Source of the DNA: TPA_inf: Saccharomyces
Taxonomy: Eukaryota
DNA: 64,000 bases
Direction of reading: 5' to 3'
Assembly (NCBI GenBank): GCA_000146045.2
Contig: BK006949.2
Location: 1-64,000 of the forward strand
Under the pieces are notes generated by a model. That model saw only the letters and a list, made by a program, of their open reading frames with translations. It ran no database searches and was not told the origin of the DNA. The translations under genes and the position numbers were made by a program. Below, one piece after another: positions 33,013-44,550 of this stretch (position 1 is the first letter of the stretch; the number at the start of each line of letters is the position of its first letter).

Positions 33013-34947
33013 ATGGATAATGATGGACCCAGATCTATGACCATTGGGGATGACTTCCAAGAGAACTTTTGTGAACGTTTAGAAAGAATTCACAATACAT
33101 TACATTCAATAAACGATTGCAACTCATTGAATGAGAGTACCACAAGTATATCAGAGACATTGTTAGTTCAATTTTATGATGATTTGGAGAACGTTGCCTC
33201 GGTAATTCCCGACTTAGTCAACAAGAAAAGACTGGGAAAAGACGATATTTTGTTGTTTATGGACTGGTTATTATTGAAAAAATATATGCTATATCAATTT
33301 ATTAGTGACGTTCATAATATTGAGGAAGGTTTTGCTCATTTGTTGGATTTACTAGAGGATGAATTCTCGAAGGACGATCAGGATAGCGACAAATACAATC
33401 GATTTAGCCCGATGTTTGACGTCATAGAAGAATCTACACAAATTAAGACTCAGTTGGAGCCATGGCTTACTAACTTGAAGGAATTATTGGATACGTCATT
33501 GGAATTTAACGAAATTTCAAAGGATCATATGGATACATTACATAAAATCATTAATAGCAATATATCGTATTGTCTGGAAATTCAGGAAGAAAGGTTCGCG
33601 TCCCCGATACGGCATACTCCATCATTTACCCTAGAACAACTAGTCAAGTTATTAGGAACGCATACGGAGACAACTGAGCCAAAGGTACCAAAATTTTCTC
33701 CGGCAGAAGATATTTTATCAAGAAAGTTCTTGAACCTAAAAAAAAATATCCCTCCAATTGAAAAAAGTTTGACTGATATCCTACCTCAAAGAATTGTGCA
33801 ATTTGGGCACCGGAATATAACAAACATAACTACTTTGCAAACAATCTTGCAAAAAAAATACGAGCTGATAATGAAAGATTATAGATTTATGAATTCAGAG
33901 TTTAGGGAATTGAAAGTCGAACTAATCGACAAACGTTGGAATATACTCTTTATTAATTTAAATCATGAACTATTATACATTCTTGATGAGATAGAAAGGT
34001 TGCAGTCGAAATTACTGACAACAAAGTATACCAAAGATATCACTATAAGGCTCGAGAGGCAATTGGAGAGAAAATCAAAAACTGTTTCTAAGACATTCAA
34101 TATTATTTACAGAGCATTGGAATTCTCACTTTTGGACGCTGGCGTCGCATCGAAGACAAATGAATTAGCTCAAAGATGGCTGAATATCAAGCCTACAGCG
34201 GATAAAATTCTAATCAAATCCTCCGCTTCAAACAAAATAGCTACTAGCAAGAAGAAGATTCCAAAACCGAAATCATTAGGCTTTGGGCGACCGAATAGTG
34301 TTATTGGAACTATAACCCAGGATTTCCAGGAGAGAGTCGCCATTAATGAAGGTGACAGTAATAAAACACCGGAAAATTCAACTACAGTGGCTTTGAAAGG
34401 TAAAAAGCTTGGTAAAGCGTTACTGCAGAAGATGAATATTAAACCTGCAACAAGCCCAAATTCATCAAATGCGATTAATCCATTTTTTGATCCGGAGTCG
34501 CCAAACAAAGGAAAACTGATACTAAGTAGTGTTCCTCCCTTACCTTATGACGAAACCGATGAAACCACCCTCCGTGTTTCTCGTGGGGAAAATGAAAAGT
34601 CACCAGACTCCTTCATTACATCTCGGCATGAAAATAAAGTACAGATTACAGAAACTCCTTTGATGGCAAAGAATAAGTCTGTGCTTGACATCGAAAAAGA
34701 TAAATGGAATCATTACCGGTCCTTGCCCTCTAGGATCCCTATATACAAGGATAAAGTGGTGAAAGTCACCGTAGAAAACACACCGATAGCAAAGGTTTTC
34801 CAGACTCCGCCAACAAAAATCACGACACCTAATAGTCAAGTTTGGGTCCCTTCGACAAGAAGAAGAACCCGATTGAGGCCTCCCACCCCCTTATCACAGT
34901 TACTTTCACCAAGAGAAGGGCGTTTAGATAAAACCCCAACTTATTGA
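33013..34947 (+). CDS. KAR9: Karyogamy / spindle-orientation protein (cortical microtubule capture), 644 aa
   Basis: MDNDGPRSMTIGDDFQENFCERLERIH... with a C-terminal Ser/Pro-rich region; matches KAR9. Confidence 0.85.
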   Translation: MDNDGPRSMTIGDDFQENFCERLERIHNTLHSINDCNSLNESTTSISETLLVQFYDDLENVASVIPDLVNKKRLGKDDILLFMDWLLLKKYMLYQFISDVHNIEEGFAHLLDLLEDEFSKDDQDSDKYNRFSPMFDVIEESTQIKTQLEPWLTNLKELLDTSLEFNEISKDHMDTLHKIINSNISYCLEIQEERFASPIRHTPSFTLEQLVKLLGTHTETTEPKVPKFSPAEDILSRKFLNLKKNIPPIEKSLTDILPQRIVQFGHRNITNITTLQTILQKKYELIMKDYRFMNSEFRELKVELIDKRWNILFINLNHELLYILDEIERLQSKLLTTKYTKDITIRLERQLERKSKTVSKTFNIIYRALEFSLLDAGVASKTNELAQRWLNIKPTADKILIKSSASNKIATSKKKIPKPKSLGFGRPNSVIGTITQDFQERVAINEGDSNKTPENSTTVALKGKKLGKALLQKMNIKPATSPNSSNAINPFFDPESPNKGKLILSSVPPLPYDETDETTLRVSRGENEKSPDSFITSRHENKVQITETPLMAKNKSVLDIEKDKWNHYRSLPSRIPIYKDKVVKVTVENTPIAKVFQTPPTKITTPNSQVWVPSTRRRTRLRPPTPLSQLLSPREGRLDKTPTY

Positions 34948-35235
34948 TACTAACCTAAAACTGTATACTTATACATTTTTATATATCCTCCCTCTCACCC
35001 TCTCCATTCATAGAATTTGTAATACTAGTTTAAATAATGTAATATTATGTGTAATTTTAAATAGTCCATGAAGATTCCGCACGTTTTCATTTTACAGTTT
35101 TTGACACCTTTACCCGACGCTTTATAAAAAAAATAGTATAAGCATCACGACATAAGCAGCCTCAGGTCATTAAAACAATAAAAGACTGGGAATTATAAAC
35201 GTACAACGGTAAGGTCATTCACGCAGTGTATATGA

Positions 35236-37845
35236 ATGACTGAAAGTGCTATAGATGACCAAAGGTTTAATCTTACAAAGGAGTTACAACGACACTCATG
35301 CAGAGATCAAGGGAAAATAACACAAAAGGATGATGCTTTAGATTTTATAAGTTACAGTTCTTTTCAATCCTCTTTTAATACTGACCAAAAAAGCGCGAAC
35401 AATGGAAGTACTGTGAGAAGAAGCATAAGGTCGATTTTTAGAAGAGCAGCCGAATTGCCTAGAGTCCATATGGGGCCTCTTACTTATTCACATGGGATAA
35501 ATGAGCTTGTTAACAAGAAATTAAGAAAAGACTGTGATCTCAGCACGCTATGTCGCGTATTGCAAAGAGGAATCAGGATGATTAGGATGACAAGAAGAAG
35601 AAGGAAGTTCTATGAATTTAAATTAATCAATAACAACGGGCAAATAATATGGAAAGATGGTTCGAAGTATCTGGAATTAGACTCCGTTAAAGACATCAGA
35701 ATCGGTGATACGGCGAGTACTTATCAAGAGGAAGTAGATCCGAAAAGATTGAGATCGGACAGTAAACTTTGGATTGCTATTATTTATAAGGTTTCCAACA
35801 AATTGAAAGCGTTACACGTAGTTGCTTTGAATGAATTGGACTTTAACACATTCTTAAGCTGCATTTGCGGTTTAGTGAAGTTAAGGAGGGAATTAATGGA
35901 AAGCATACTTTTGCCTGATAATTCGCAATTCGCTAGGATACATTGGCAAATTACTGTTTCTGAAAAAGAGGAAGATGAGAAAAAGGACACATTGAGCTTT
36001 GCAGATGTGAAGAAACTATGTGATAAATTTCATATTTATGTGTCAACTGGTCAATTGTTAGAGTTTTTCCAATTAGCAGACATCAATCATAACGGACTAT
36101 TAAATTATTTTGAATTTGAAAAGTTCATTAAAATCTTAAAGAATAGGAAAGAGGTAAATATGATTTGGTCTAAATTTACAAAACCTCCACACTCCCACTT
36201 ATCATTTGAAAATTTTTTTCAATTTTTAATTACAGAGCAGCATGAGCAAGTGGATCGTCAAACTGCATGGTCATATTTTATTAAGTACAGAGAACCGACT
36301 CAGCTGACGATGGGGCAAGATGGTTTTACCAAGTTCTTGAAGGAGCAACCATATTTGGTGGAGGTTAAAGAGGAGTTATATTCAAAGCCATTAAACCATT
36401 ATTTTATTGCATCTTCACATAATACTTATTTATTGGGGAAACAAATTGCAGAAACTCCATCTGTGGAGGGATATATTCAAGTCCTACAACAAGGTTGTAG
36501 GTGCGTAGAAATTGATATATGGGATGGTGAAAATGGGCCAGTGGTATGCCATGGATTTTTAACGTCAGCTATTCCCTTAAAAACAGTTATACGCGTGATA
36601 AAGAAGTACGCTTTTATAACGTCTCCGTATCCTTTGATTATTTCACTGGAAATAAACTGTAACAAGGATAATCAAAAATTGGCAAGCCTGATAATGAGAG
36701 AGGTTTTAGCAGAACAGCTGTACTTTGTTGGCACAAGAACTGATAAACTGCCATCACCAAGGGAATTAAAACATAAAATACTGTTGAAATCCAAGAAGAC
36801 GAGTGAAGCAACTAGAGGTCTTAGCGTTAATGAGCCATTTCCATCTTCTTTTAGTTCTTCTTACGAATCAGCTAATGAACAGGAATTAAGAATGAAAGAT
36901 GACTCCACGAACAGTAGTAGCGCAACAAATTCTTCTAGTATGCAACGCATCAAAAGAATTGGATTAAAAAAGCACGCTGATATAATTAATGATGTTTCTA
37001 ACATTTCTGGAATACATGGCATCAAGTTCAGGAATTTCTCTTTACCAGAGTCCAAAACGATAGCGCATTGTTTTTCACTGAATGAGCGCAAAGTAGAATA
37101 CATGATAAAAGACAAACACTTAAAATTATCGTTGGATAAACATAATAGAAGATATTTGATGAGAGTCTATCCTCACGTTTTACGATACAAATCATCAAAT
37201 TTTAACCCAATACCTTTTTGGAAGGCCGGTGTACAAATGGTGGCTACGAATTGGCAAACTAATGATATTGGACAGCAACTTAATCTGGCAATGTTTCAAA
37301 TATTAGATCACCAACCTGATGGAAGTTTTAAATCAGGATACGTGCTAAAACCAAAAAAGTTGCTACCTGTAGTAACAAAGGCGAAAATGATTCCATTAAT
37401 TTACGAACATTTTGAAAATGGTAGTGATCCTGTTACTGTTAAAATTCGAATTTTATCTACACAGTTATTGCCCAGATTGAATGATACATCGCCAAGCAGA
37501 AATAACACCAATTCCTTTGTTAAAGTGGAGTTTCATACCGATGACGAGCCGACAATGCCCATCTCAATCGATAAGGGTACAAGGATTTCTGCCACTGAAG
37601 CATCCACTAAGAGTTCTCAAGGGAATGGATTCAACCCAATATGGGATGCTGAAGTTTCTATCACATTGAAAGATACAGACCTCACATTTATAAAATTCAT
37701 GGTTATCTCTGAAGAGACCCAGATTGCATCTGTTTGCCTTAAGCTGAACTATTTGAGGATGGGATATCGTCACATTCCGTTGTTTAACATGGAGGGGGAA
37801 CAATACATATTTTGCACTTTATTTATTCATACACAAATTTTATAG
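35236..37845 (+). CDS. PLC1: Phosphoinositide-specific phospholipase C (delta type), 869 aa
   Basis: EF-hand region, PI-PLC X box (IASSHNTYL...GCRCVEIDIWDG), Y box, and a C-terminal C2 domain. Confidence 0.9.
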   Translation: MTESAIDDQRFNLTKELQRHSCRDQGKITQKDDALDFISYSSFQSSFNTDQKSANNGSTVRRSIRSIFRRAAELPRVHMGPLTYSHGINELVNKKLRKDCDLSTLCRVLQRGIRMIRMTRRRRKFYEFKLINNNGQIIWKDGSKYLELDSVKDIRIGDTASTYQEEVDPKRLRSDSKLWIAIIYKVSNKLKALHVVALNELDFNTFLSCICGLVKLRRELMESILLPDNSQFARIHWQITVSEKEEDEKKDTLSFADVKKLCDKFHIYVSTGQLLEFFQLADINHNGLLNYFEFEKFIKILKNRKEVNMIWSKFTKPPHSHLSFENFFQFLITEQHEQVDRQTAWSYFIKYREPTQLTMGQDGFTKFLKEQPYLVEVKEELYSKPLNHYFIASSHNTYLLGKQIAETPSVEGYIQVLQQGCRCVEIDIWDGENGPVVCHGFLTSAIPLKTVIRVIKKYAFITSPYPLIISLEINCNKDNQKLASLIMREVLAEQLYFVGTRTDKLPSPRELKHKILLKSKKTSEATRGLSVNEPFPSSFSSSYESANEQELRMKDDSTNSSSATNSSSMQRIKRIGLKKHADIINDVSNISGIHGIKFRNFSLPESKTIAHCFSLNERKVEYMIKDKHLKLSLDKHNRRYLMRVYPHVLRYKSSNFNPIPFWKAGVQMVATNWQTNDIGQQLNLAMFQILDHQPDGSFKSGYVLKPKKLLPVVTKAKMIPLIYEHFENGSDPVTVKIRILSTQLLPRLNDTSPSRNNTNSFVKVEFHTDDEPTMPISIDKGTRISATEASTKSSQGNGFNPIWDAEVSITLKDTDLTFIKFMVISEETQIASVCLKLNYLRMGYRHIPLFNMEGEQYIFCTLFIHTQIL

Positions 37846-38168
37846 GCGATCTTTTTCCGGCCAAATACACATATTCATAAATACGTACATATACCTACTT
37901 GCATATACCAACATGATTACCTAGAATGGATATATCAAATGGGACGACGAAGTACCACGACAATACACAATAACAACTTCTGTTTTTCGCTGATTGCCTT
38001 CTCTTCAGCAGAAAGTTGATGCATATTTCGCGTAGCGCGTTGACGCGTCTTCTTTCTGAAGTTTTGTGCTTTTGTTATCATACTATATAAAGTAAAAAGA
38101 AAGGAGAACATATTAAGCATTACTGAATTAGGATCCTTTGGAAGAAATAAAGTAAGAGACACTGAAAG

Positions 38169-38798
38169 ATGATATCACCATCAAAAAAGAGAACCATTTT
38201 ATCAAGCAAGAATATAAACCAAAAACCACGAGCAGTGGTAAAAGGCAATGAACTTCGTTCACCATCAAAGAGAAGGTCACAAATAGACACAGACTATGCA
38301 CTAAGGCGAAGTCCAATAAAGACAATCCAAATTTCTAAAGCTGCACAATTTATGCTGTATGAGGAAACGGCTGAAGAAAGAAACATAGCTGTCCACAGAC
38401 ATAATGAAATATACAATAATAACAATTCTGTGAGCAATGAGAATAATCCTTCCCAAGTAAAAGAAAACCTTTCACCCGCTAAAATTTGCCCTTATGAAAG
38501 AGCATTTTTAAGGGAAGGAGGAAGAATTGCATTGAAGGACTTAAGTGTTGACGAATTCAAAGGTTACATACAGGATCCTCTCACCGATGAGACTATACCA
38601 CTGACGTTGCCACTGGGTGATAAAAAAATCAGCCTACCCAGTTTTATAACGCCGCCAAGAAATTCGAAGATATCTATTTTCTTCACTAGTAAACACCAAG
38701 GACAGAACCCAGAGACAAAGATATCCCGTTCTACCGATGACGTCAGTGAAAAAAAAGTAGTGAGAAAACTGTCCTTCCACGTCTATGAAGATGAGTAA
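38169..38798 (+). CDS. ACM1: APC/C-Cdh1 pseudosubstrate inhibitor, 209 aa
   Basis: Small basic protein with a KEN box (VKENLSP) and RxxL motifs; the sequence matches ACM1. Confidence 0.85.
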   Translation: MISPSKKRTILSSKNINQKPRAVVKGNELRSPSKRRSQIDTDYALRRSPIKTIQISKAAQFMLYEETAEERNIAVHRHNEIYNNNNSVSNENNPSQVKENLSPAKICPYERAFLREGGRIALKDLSVDEFKGYIQDPLTDETIPLTLPLGDKKISLPSFITPPRNSKISIFFTSKHQGQNPETKISRSTDDVSEKKVVRKLSFHVYEDE

Positions 38799-39111
38799 AT
38801 AATGTACACAGTTAGCGTCTAATAATTAATTAACGATACCAATTTAATTCATTCACGTATTCCTCACCTCGTGTGTAAATTACTAACAGAGTAGTAATAA
38901 TAATAAGAATCAATAATAATAATAAATCCATCCTTGTGTATTACCCGGGTTAGAGGGTAGAAAAATTTTTGAAAATCGCGATGAGCTGAAAATTGAAAAT
39001 ATTTGGTTATAACATAAGATCGATAAATTAGGAACAGTGCATTATACAGTGGACTCATTCGGTTAGAAGCTTTAGACGTCGTACCTTTTATATCGATACA
39101 AATAAAAATAA

Positions 39112-40077
<966 letters not shown>

Positions 40078-41042
40078 GCTCTCTTATCAATTATGTAAGT
40101 GCTTGTATACTATTTACCTAAGATAAGAAAAAAAAAAGCAATTCAAAATTAAGCTTATCTTGACAGCGGGGCTGGTTTGTTTCTAGAAGACAAAAAGTGG
40201 GGAATCATTTTTACGTAACTCCCCCTGATAAGAAGGACTCACATCCTTATAGGTACGATAAAGAATGGTTGTATCTTTCCTATTTTTCGAAATCGTTATC
40301 TTATATAGTTGAACTACTACGGTTAAAAAGCTTAAGCCTCAGCCCTCTTAGTCAAACTTCTTTTTTGAAGGCACCAGGGTGCATAAAAGTGCGTCTATTG
40401 TTTCCCAGTGGAACTCTGTTGAGATAGCGATGTTTGTTTTTTTTTCACTTAACGGCAACCAATACCGATAGCGACGTCGCTGGCAGTGTAGAGTGGCCGT
40501 ACGGCGTCGCTAGATGGCACGGCACTGATTGCGGCGGGAGTCGCTAGGCGGTGATGCATTTCCGCACAGGGACCAGAGGAAGCTTCCCAGGCGGTGACAG
40601 TAAGTGAACTCATTATCATGTCTTCTCCAAAACATTCGTGACATCTAGTCATGCTCCTCGCAATTCACTCCGATTGGTATAGCTTTTTCGGTAGTTTTAG
40701 CTACTATGCTTAGGGGAAAGAGGAGAAACCGTACCGTCAGTCTCAGTCAAAAAATTTTGATATTCAATCTGATAGCAAAGTTGGAACTTGGGGTTATCTG
40801 GCCCTTTTTTGTTATCATATTCGTATACCCAACAACATATCGGTTCCACCGGTCCTTTTTATATATAAAAGACGATGTGTAGATGCACTCGAGTATTCTT
40901 GGAGAACGTAACTTGTATTGAGCTAGAGTGCTGGATAAAGTACCACATACTAACGTTCTTTTATAGAGCCAAACATAATTCTTTTGCACTTTCAATATAA
41001 GGTACAAGTGAAACACAGGAAAAAAAGAACTAACTCTAAGTA

Positions 41043-42869
41043 ATGAAGATGCCTCTAAAGAAGATGTTTACCAGCACGTCTCCTCGTAACTCTTCTTCTC
41101 TTGACAGTGATCATGACGCTTACTATTCGAAACAAAATCCTGACAATTTCCCTGTAAAGGAGCAAGAAATCTATAACATTGACCTGGAAGAAAACAATGT
41201 GTCCTCTCGTTCATCCACCTCTACATCACCTTCAGCAAGGGACGACTCTTTCGCAGTTCCAGATGGTAAAGACGAAAACACGCGGTTGAGGAAAGATTTA
41301 AAGGCAAGACATATTTCTATGATCGCCATTGGTGGTTCATTAGGTACAGGTCTGCTTATAGGTACAGGTACCGCCTTATTGACGGGTGGTCCGGTTGCGA
41401 TGTTAATTGCATATGCCTTTGTCGGCCTTTTAGTCTTTTACACCATGGCCTGTCTTGGTGAAATGGCTTCTTACATTCCATTGGATGGTTTTACAAGTTA
41501 TGCCTCACGTTACGTGGATCCTGCATTAGGTTTTGCTATTGGTTATACTTACCTTTTCAAATATTTCATCTTACCTCCCAACCAACTTACTGCTGCTGCT
41601 TTGGTCATTCAATATTGGATCAGCAGAGACCGTGTTAACCCTGGTGTGTGGATTACTATATTCTTGGTTGTTATTGTCGCTATCAATGTCGTCGGTGTAA
41701 AATTCTTTGGTGAATTTGAATTTTGGTTGTCCAGTTTCAAAGTCATGGTAATGTTGGGTCTAATCCTGTTACTATTTATTATTATGCTTGGTGGAGGTCC
41801 TAACCATGACCGCCTAGGGTTTAGATACTGGCGTGATCCTGGTGCGTTCAAAGAATATTCGACGGCTATCACTGGTGGTAAAGGTAAATTTGTTTCGTTC
41901 GTTGCTGTTTTCGTTTACAGTCTTTTCAGTTACACGGGTATTGAATTGACAGGTATCGTTTGTTCTGAAGCTGAGAATCCAAGAAAAAGTGTTCCAAAGG
42001 CAATTAAATTGACAGTTTACCGTATCATTGTTTTTTACCTATGCACCGTTTTCCTTTTGGGTATGTGCGTTGCATACAATGACCCTCGTTTACTTTCCAC
42101 AAAAGGTAAGAGTATGTCTGCTGCGGCATCTCCATTCGTGGTTGCCATTCAAAACTCAGGTATTGAAGTCTTACCTCATATCTTCAATGCTTGTGTCTTG
42201 GTTTTCGTTTTCAGTGCTTGTAACTCAGATTTGTACGTTTCTTCCAGAAATTTATATGCGTTGGCAATTGATGGTAAAGCGCCAAAGATCTTCGCTAAGA
42301 CAAGTAGATGGGGTGTTCCTTACAATGCTTTAATACTCTCCGTGCTGTTTTGTGGCTTGGCGTACATGAATGTGTCTTCAGGATCAGCAAAGATTTTCAA
42401 CTACTTTGTTAACGTTGTTTCTATGTTCGGAATCTTGAGTTGGATCACCATTTTAATTGTTTACATCTACTTCGATAAAGCCTGCCGTGCTCAAGGGATT
42501 GACAAATCAAAATTTGCTTATGTCGCTCCTGGCCAACGTTATGGTGCTTATTTTGCTTTATTCTTCTGCATTTTGATTGCTTTAATCAAAAACTTCACTG
42601 TTTTCCTAGGTCATAAATTTGATTATAAAACATTCATCACCGGGTATATTGGCCTGCCTGTCTATATCATTTCTTGGGCTGGTTACAAATTGATATACAA
42701 AACCAAAGTGATAAAGTCTACCGACGTGGATTTGTACACATTTAAGGAAATATACGATAGAGAAGAAGAAGAGGGAAGAATGAAGGACCAAGAAAAGGAA
42801 GAGCGTTTAAAAAGTAACGGTAAAAATATGGAGTGGTTCTATGAAAAATTTTTGGGTAATATCTTCTAG
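41043..42869 (+). CDS. DIP5: Dicarboxylic amino-acid permease (APC family), 608 aa
   Basis: 12-TM amino-acid permease; the sequence matches DIP5. Confidence 0.9.
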   Translation: MKMPLKKMFTSTSPRNSSSLDSDHDAYYSKQNPDNFPVKEQEIYNIDLEENNVSSRSSTSTSPSARDDSFAVPDGKDENTRLRKDLKARHISMIAIGGSLGTGLLIGTGTALLTGGPVAMLIAYAFVGLLVFYTMACLGEMASYIPLDGFTSYASRYVDPALGFAIGYTYLFKYFILPPNQLTAAALVIQYWISRDRVNPGVWITIFLVVIVAINVVGVKFFGEFEFWLSSFKVMVMLGLILLLFIIMLGGGPNHDRLGFRYWRDPGAFKEYSTAITGGKGKFVSFVAVFVYSLFSYTGIELTGIVCSEAENPRKSVPKAIKLTVYRIIVFYLCTVFLLGMCVAYNDPRLLSTKGKSMSAAASPFVVAIQNSGIEVLPHIFNACVLVFVFSACNSDLYVSSRNLYALAIDGKAPKIFAKTSRWGVPYNALILSVLFCGLAYMNVSSGSAKIFNYFVNVVSMFGILSWITILIVYIYFDKACRAQGIDKSKFAYVAPGQRYGAYFALFFCILIALIKNFTVFLGHKFDYKTFITGYIGLPVYIISWAGYKLIYKTKVIKSTDVDLYTFKEIYDREEEEGRMKDQEKEERLKSNGKNMEWFYEKFLGNIF

Positions 42870-43282
42870 ATGCCTTTTTAATCAAAGCCTTAGGGCAACA
42901 TGAAACTATATTCATCCAATCAAAAAAATGAGCACAAGAATTTCTCTTTGATCATTTTTCTTTTACCTTTAATAACAATCGTTATCAACATTTTTTATTT
43001 CCAGTCCTACCACAGCATTATTGCATAATTAATTTACAGGAAGATTTTCTTGAAAAAATAGAAAGAAAAATACCCATTTTTTCAAGGAAAATAAAATTTA
43101 TATATTACATACATTTCTATAAAACAGTTTAAATTCAAAAATATAAACAAAAACATAAAAATAAGAAAAGTTCAAGTCTTCGTTATTTTCTGTTTGTGGA
43201 GTAATCGATCTTATTAACATATATGTGGAGACTTTTCAAATATAGCCACCTGCAACATGGAACCATAGTGTACAGGTATCAC

Positions 43283-44344
43283 TTAATCCTCCAAATCATC
43301 TAATTCAAAGTCCGATGTGGAGAGTAGCTCGGCAGTAGCCACAACGTTTTGTTTGGAGGCTCTCATATTAATGACCCATATAGTAGAACTAACGATAACT
43401 GCCATACCGCACCACGTCCATATGTTTGGCCAGTGGTGAAAGAGCACGACATCCCAGAAAACAGCATATATAACTTGAGTATAAGTCATTAACGAACCCC
43501 TTCCTGCACGCTCCCTCTGGATTCCCATTGTTAACAGAATTTGGTGAATGAATCCAGAAATACCCAAGTTCAGAAATAGCCCCCACTGCTTCCACGAATG
43601 AGGCAGTTGTAAAGACATCGAGGGAATTAGAAGCACACCGAGGGCTGCCACAACAGTAGTAACCAACGAGAAATAACTGACACTCATGATGGCATGTGCC
43701 TTGTTACCGATATATCTTATGATAATGTAAACACTACTCAATCCGCAAACCCCCAATAAACTCACCCCGATAGCAATGAGTCTTAATTTGGGATTTTGAG
43801 TCTCAACAATATCGTCTTGTGGAGATTGCTGGCCTTGGGTCTGCTCACCAAACAAAAATGTAGGTCTAATAATTAACACCACTCCAGAAAATGAAATTAG
43901 GGACCCCAAGGCTTCAAGTTTACTAAATGGCTCACCCAGCAGTAAAAATGAAAGGAAAATGGTTAGGGTTGGCGACATGAAGGTGATTAAGACAGCGTCA
44001 CTTATACTTAGATACATTAAAGAAAAGTACATTCCAAAAACACCAAAAAAACCCATTATACCTCGGAGTATCAACCATTTCCTGCATGGTGCTGGGCCCC
44101 ATGGAATATCTGGAACACTTTGTTTATTCCAATGCATGTATACTAGCGTACAACAGTACGTGATAGACATCCTTACTAGCAGGATTTGCAGAGGATTAAT
44201 TCTTGATTGCGAAGTTTCCAGTGGGTCATTTTCTAGGACTTTGGTAGAAACTACCATAGAAGAATTGAAAAAATAAGACACTATAAGTAAGATAAGTCCA
44301 TAATTAGGCTTTAGATAATCTTTACTAATTCTTTGCAGCGTCAT
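43283..44344 (-). CDS. Putative 10-TM EamA/DMT-family membrane protein of unknown function, 353 aa (YPL264C)
   Basis: Hydrophobic multi-pass protein with duplicated EamA-like halves. Confidence 0.8.
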   Translation of the reverse strand: MTLQRISKDYLKPNYGLILLIVSYFFNSSMVVSTKVLENDPLETSQSRINPLQILLVRMSITYCCTLVYMHWNKQSVPDIPWGPAPCRKWLILRGIMGFFGVFGMYFSLMYLSISDAVLITFMSPTLTIFLSFLLLGEPFSKLEALGSLISFSGVVLIIRPTFLFGEQTQGQQSPQDDIVETQNPKLRLIAIGVSLLGVCGLSSVYIIIRYIGNKAHAIMSVSYFSLVTTVVAALGVLLIPSMSLQLPHSWKQWGLFLNLGISGFIHQILLTMGIQRERAGRGSLMTYTQVIYAVFWDVVLFHHWPNIWTWCGMAVIVSSTIWVINMRASKQNVVATAELLSTSDFELDDLED

Positions 44345-44550
44345 TGAGAGAGGAGGTGTTTATTCTACTTTTCTGTTGGGGCAGCTTTCGTGAATGTAAT
44401 AATGAGATAATTTTCCCTGTCTCCTTTGTTTTTTTTTCCAGATGACTCAATTAGTGACTAAAGAAAAGGATGCCATATGGAAGACAGATATCTATAAAAA
44501 AAAAAAATGCTATAAATACTTTTTAAACTCAACTACAAAAGCGAAAATGT

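Noticed and set aside
34170-34839. 112-aa and 79-aa minus ORFs
   Set aside because: They are antisense to KAR9.
40449-40652. 67-aa minus-strand ORF over the GC-rich island
   Set aside because: The ORF is probably a by-product of high GC (few stop codons). I report the region as a candidate regulatory or RNA element, not a protein.
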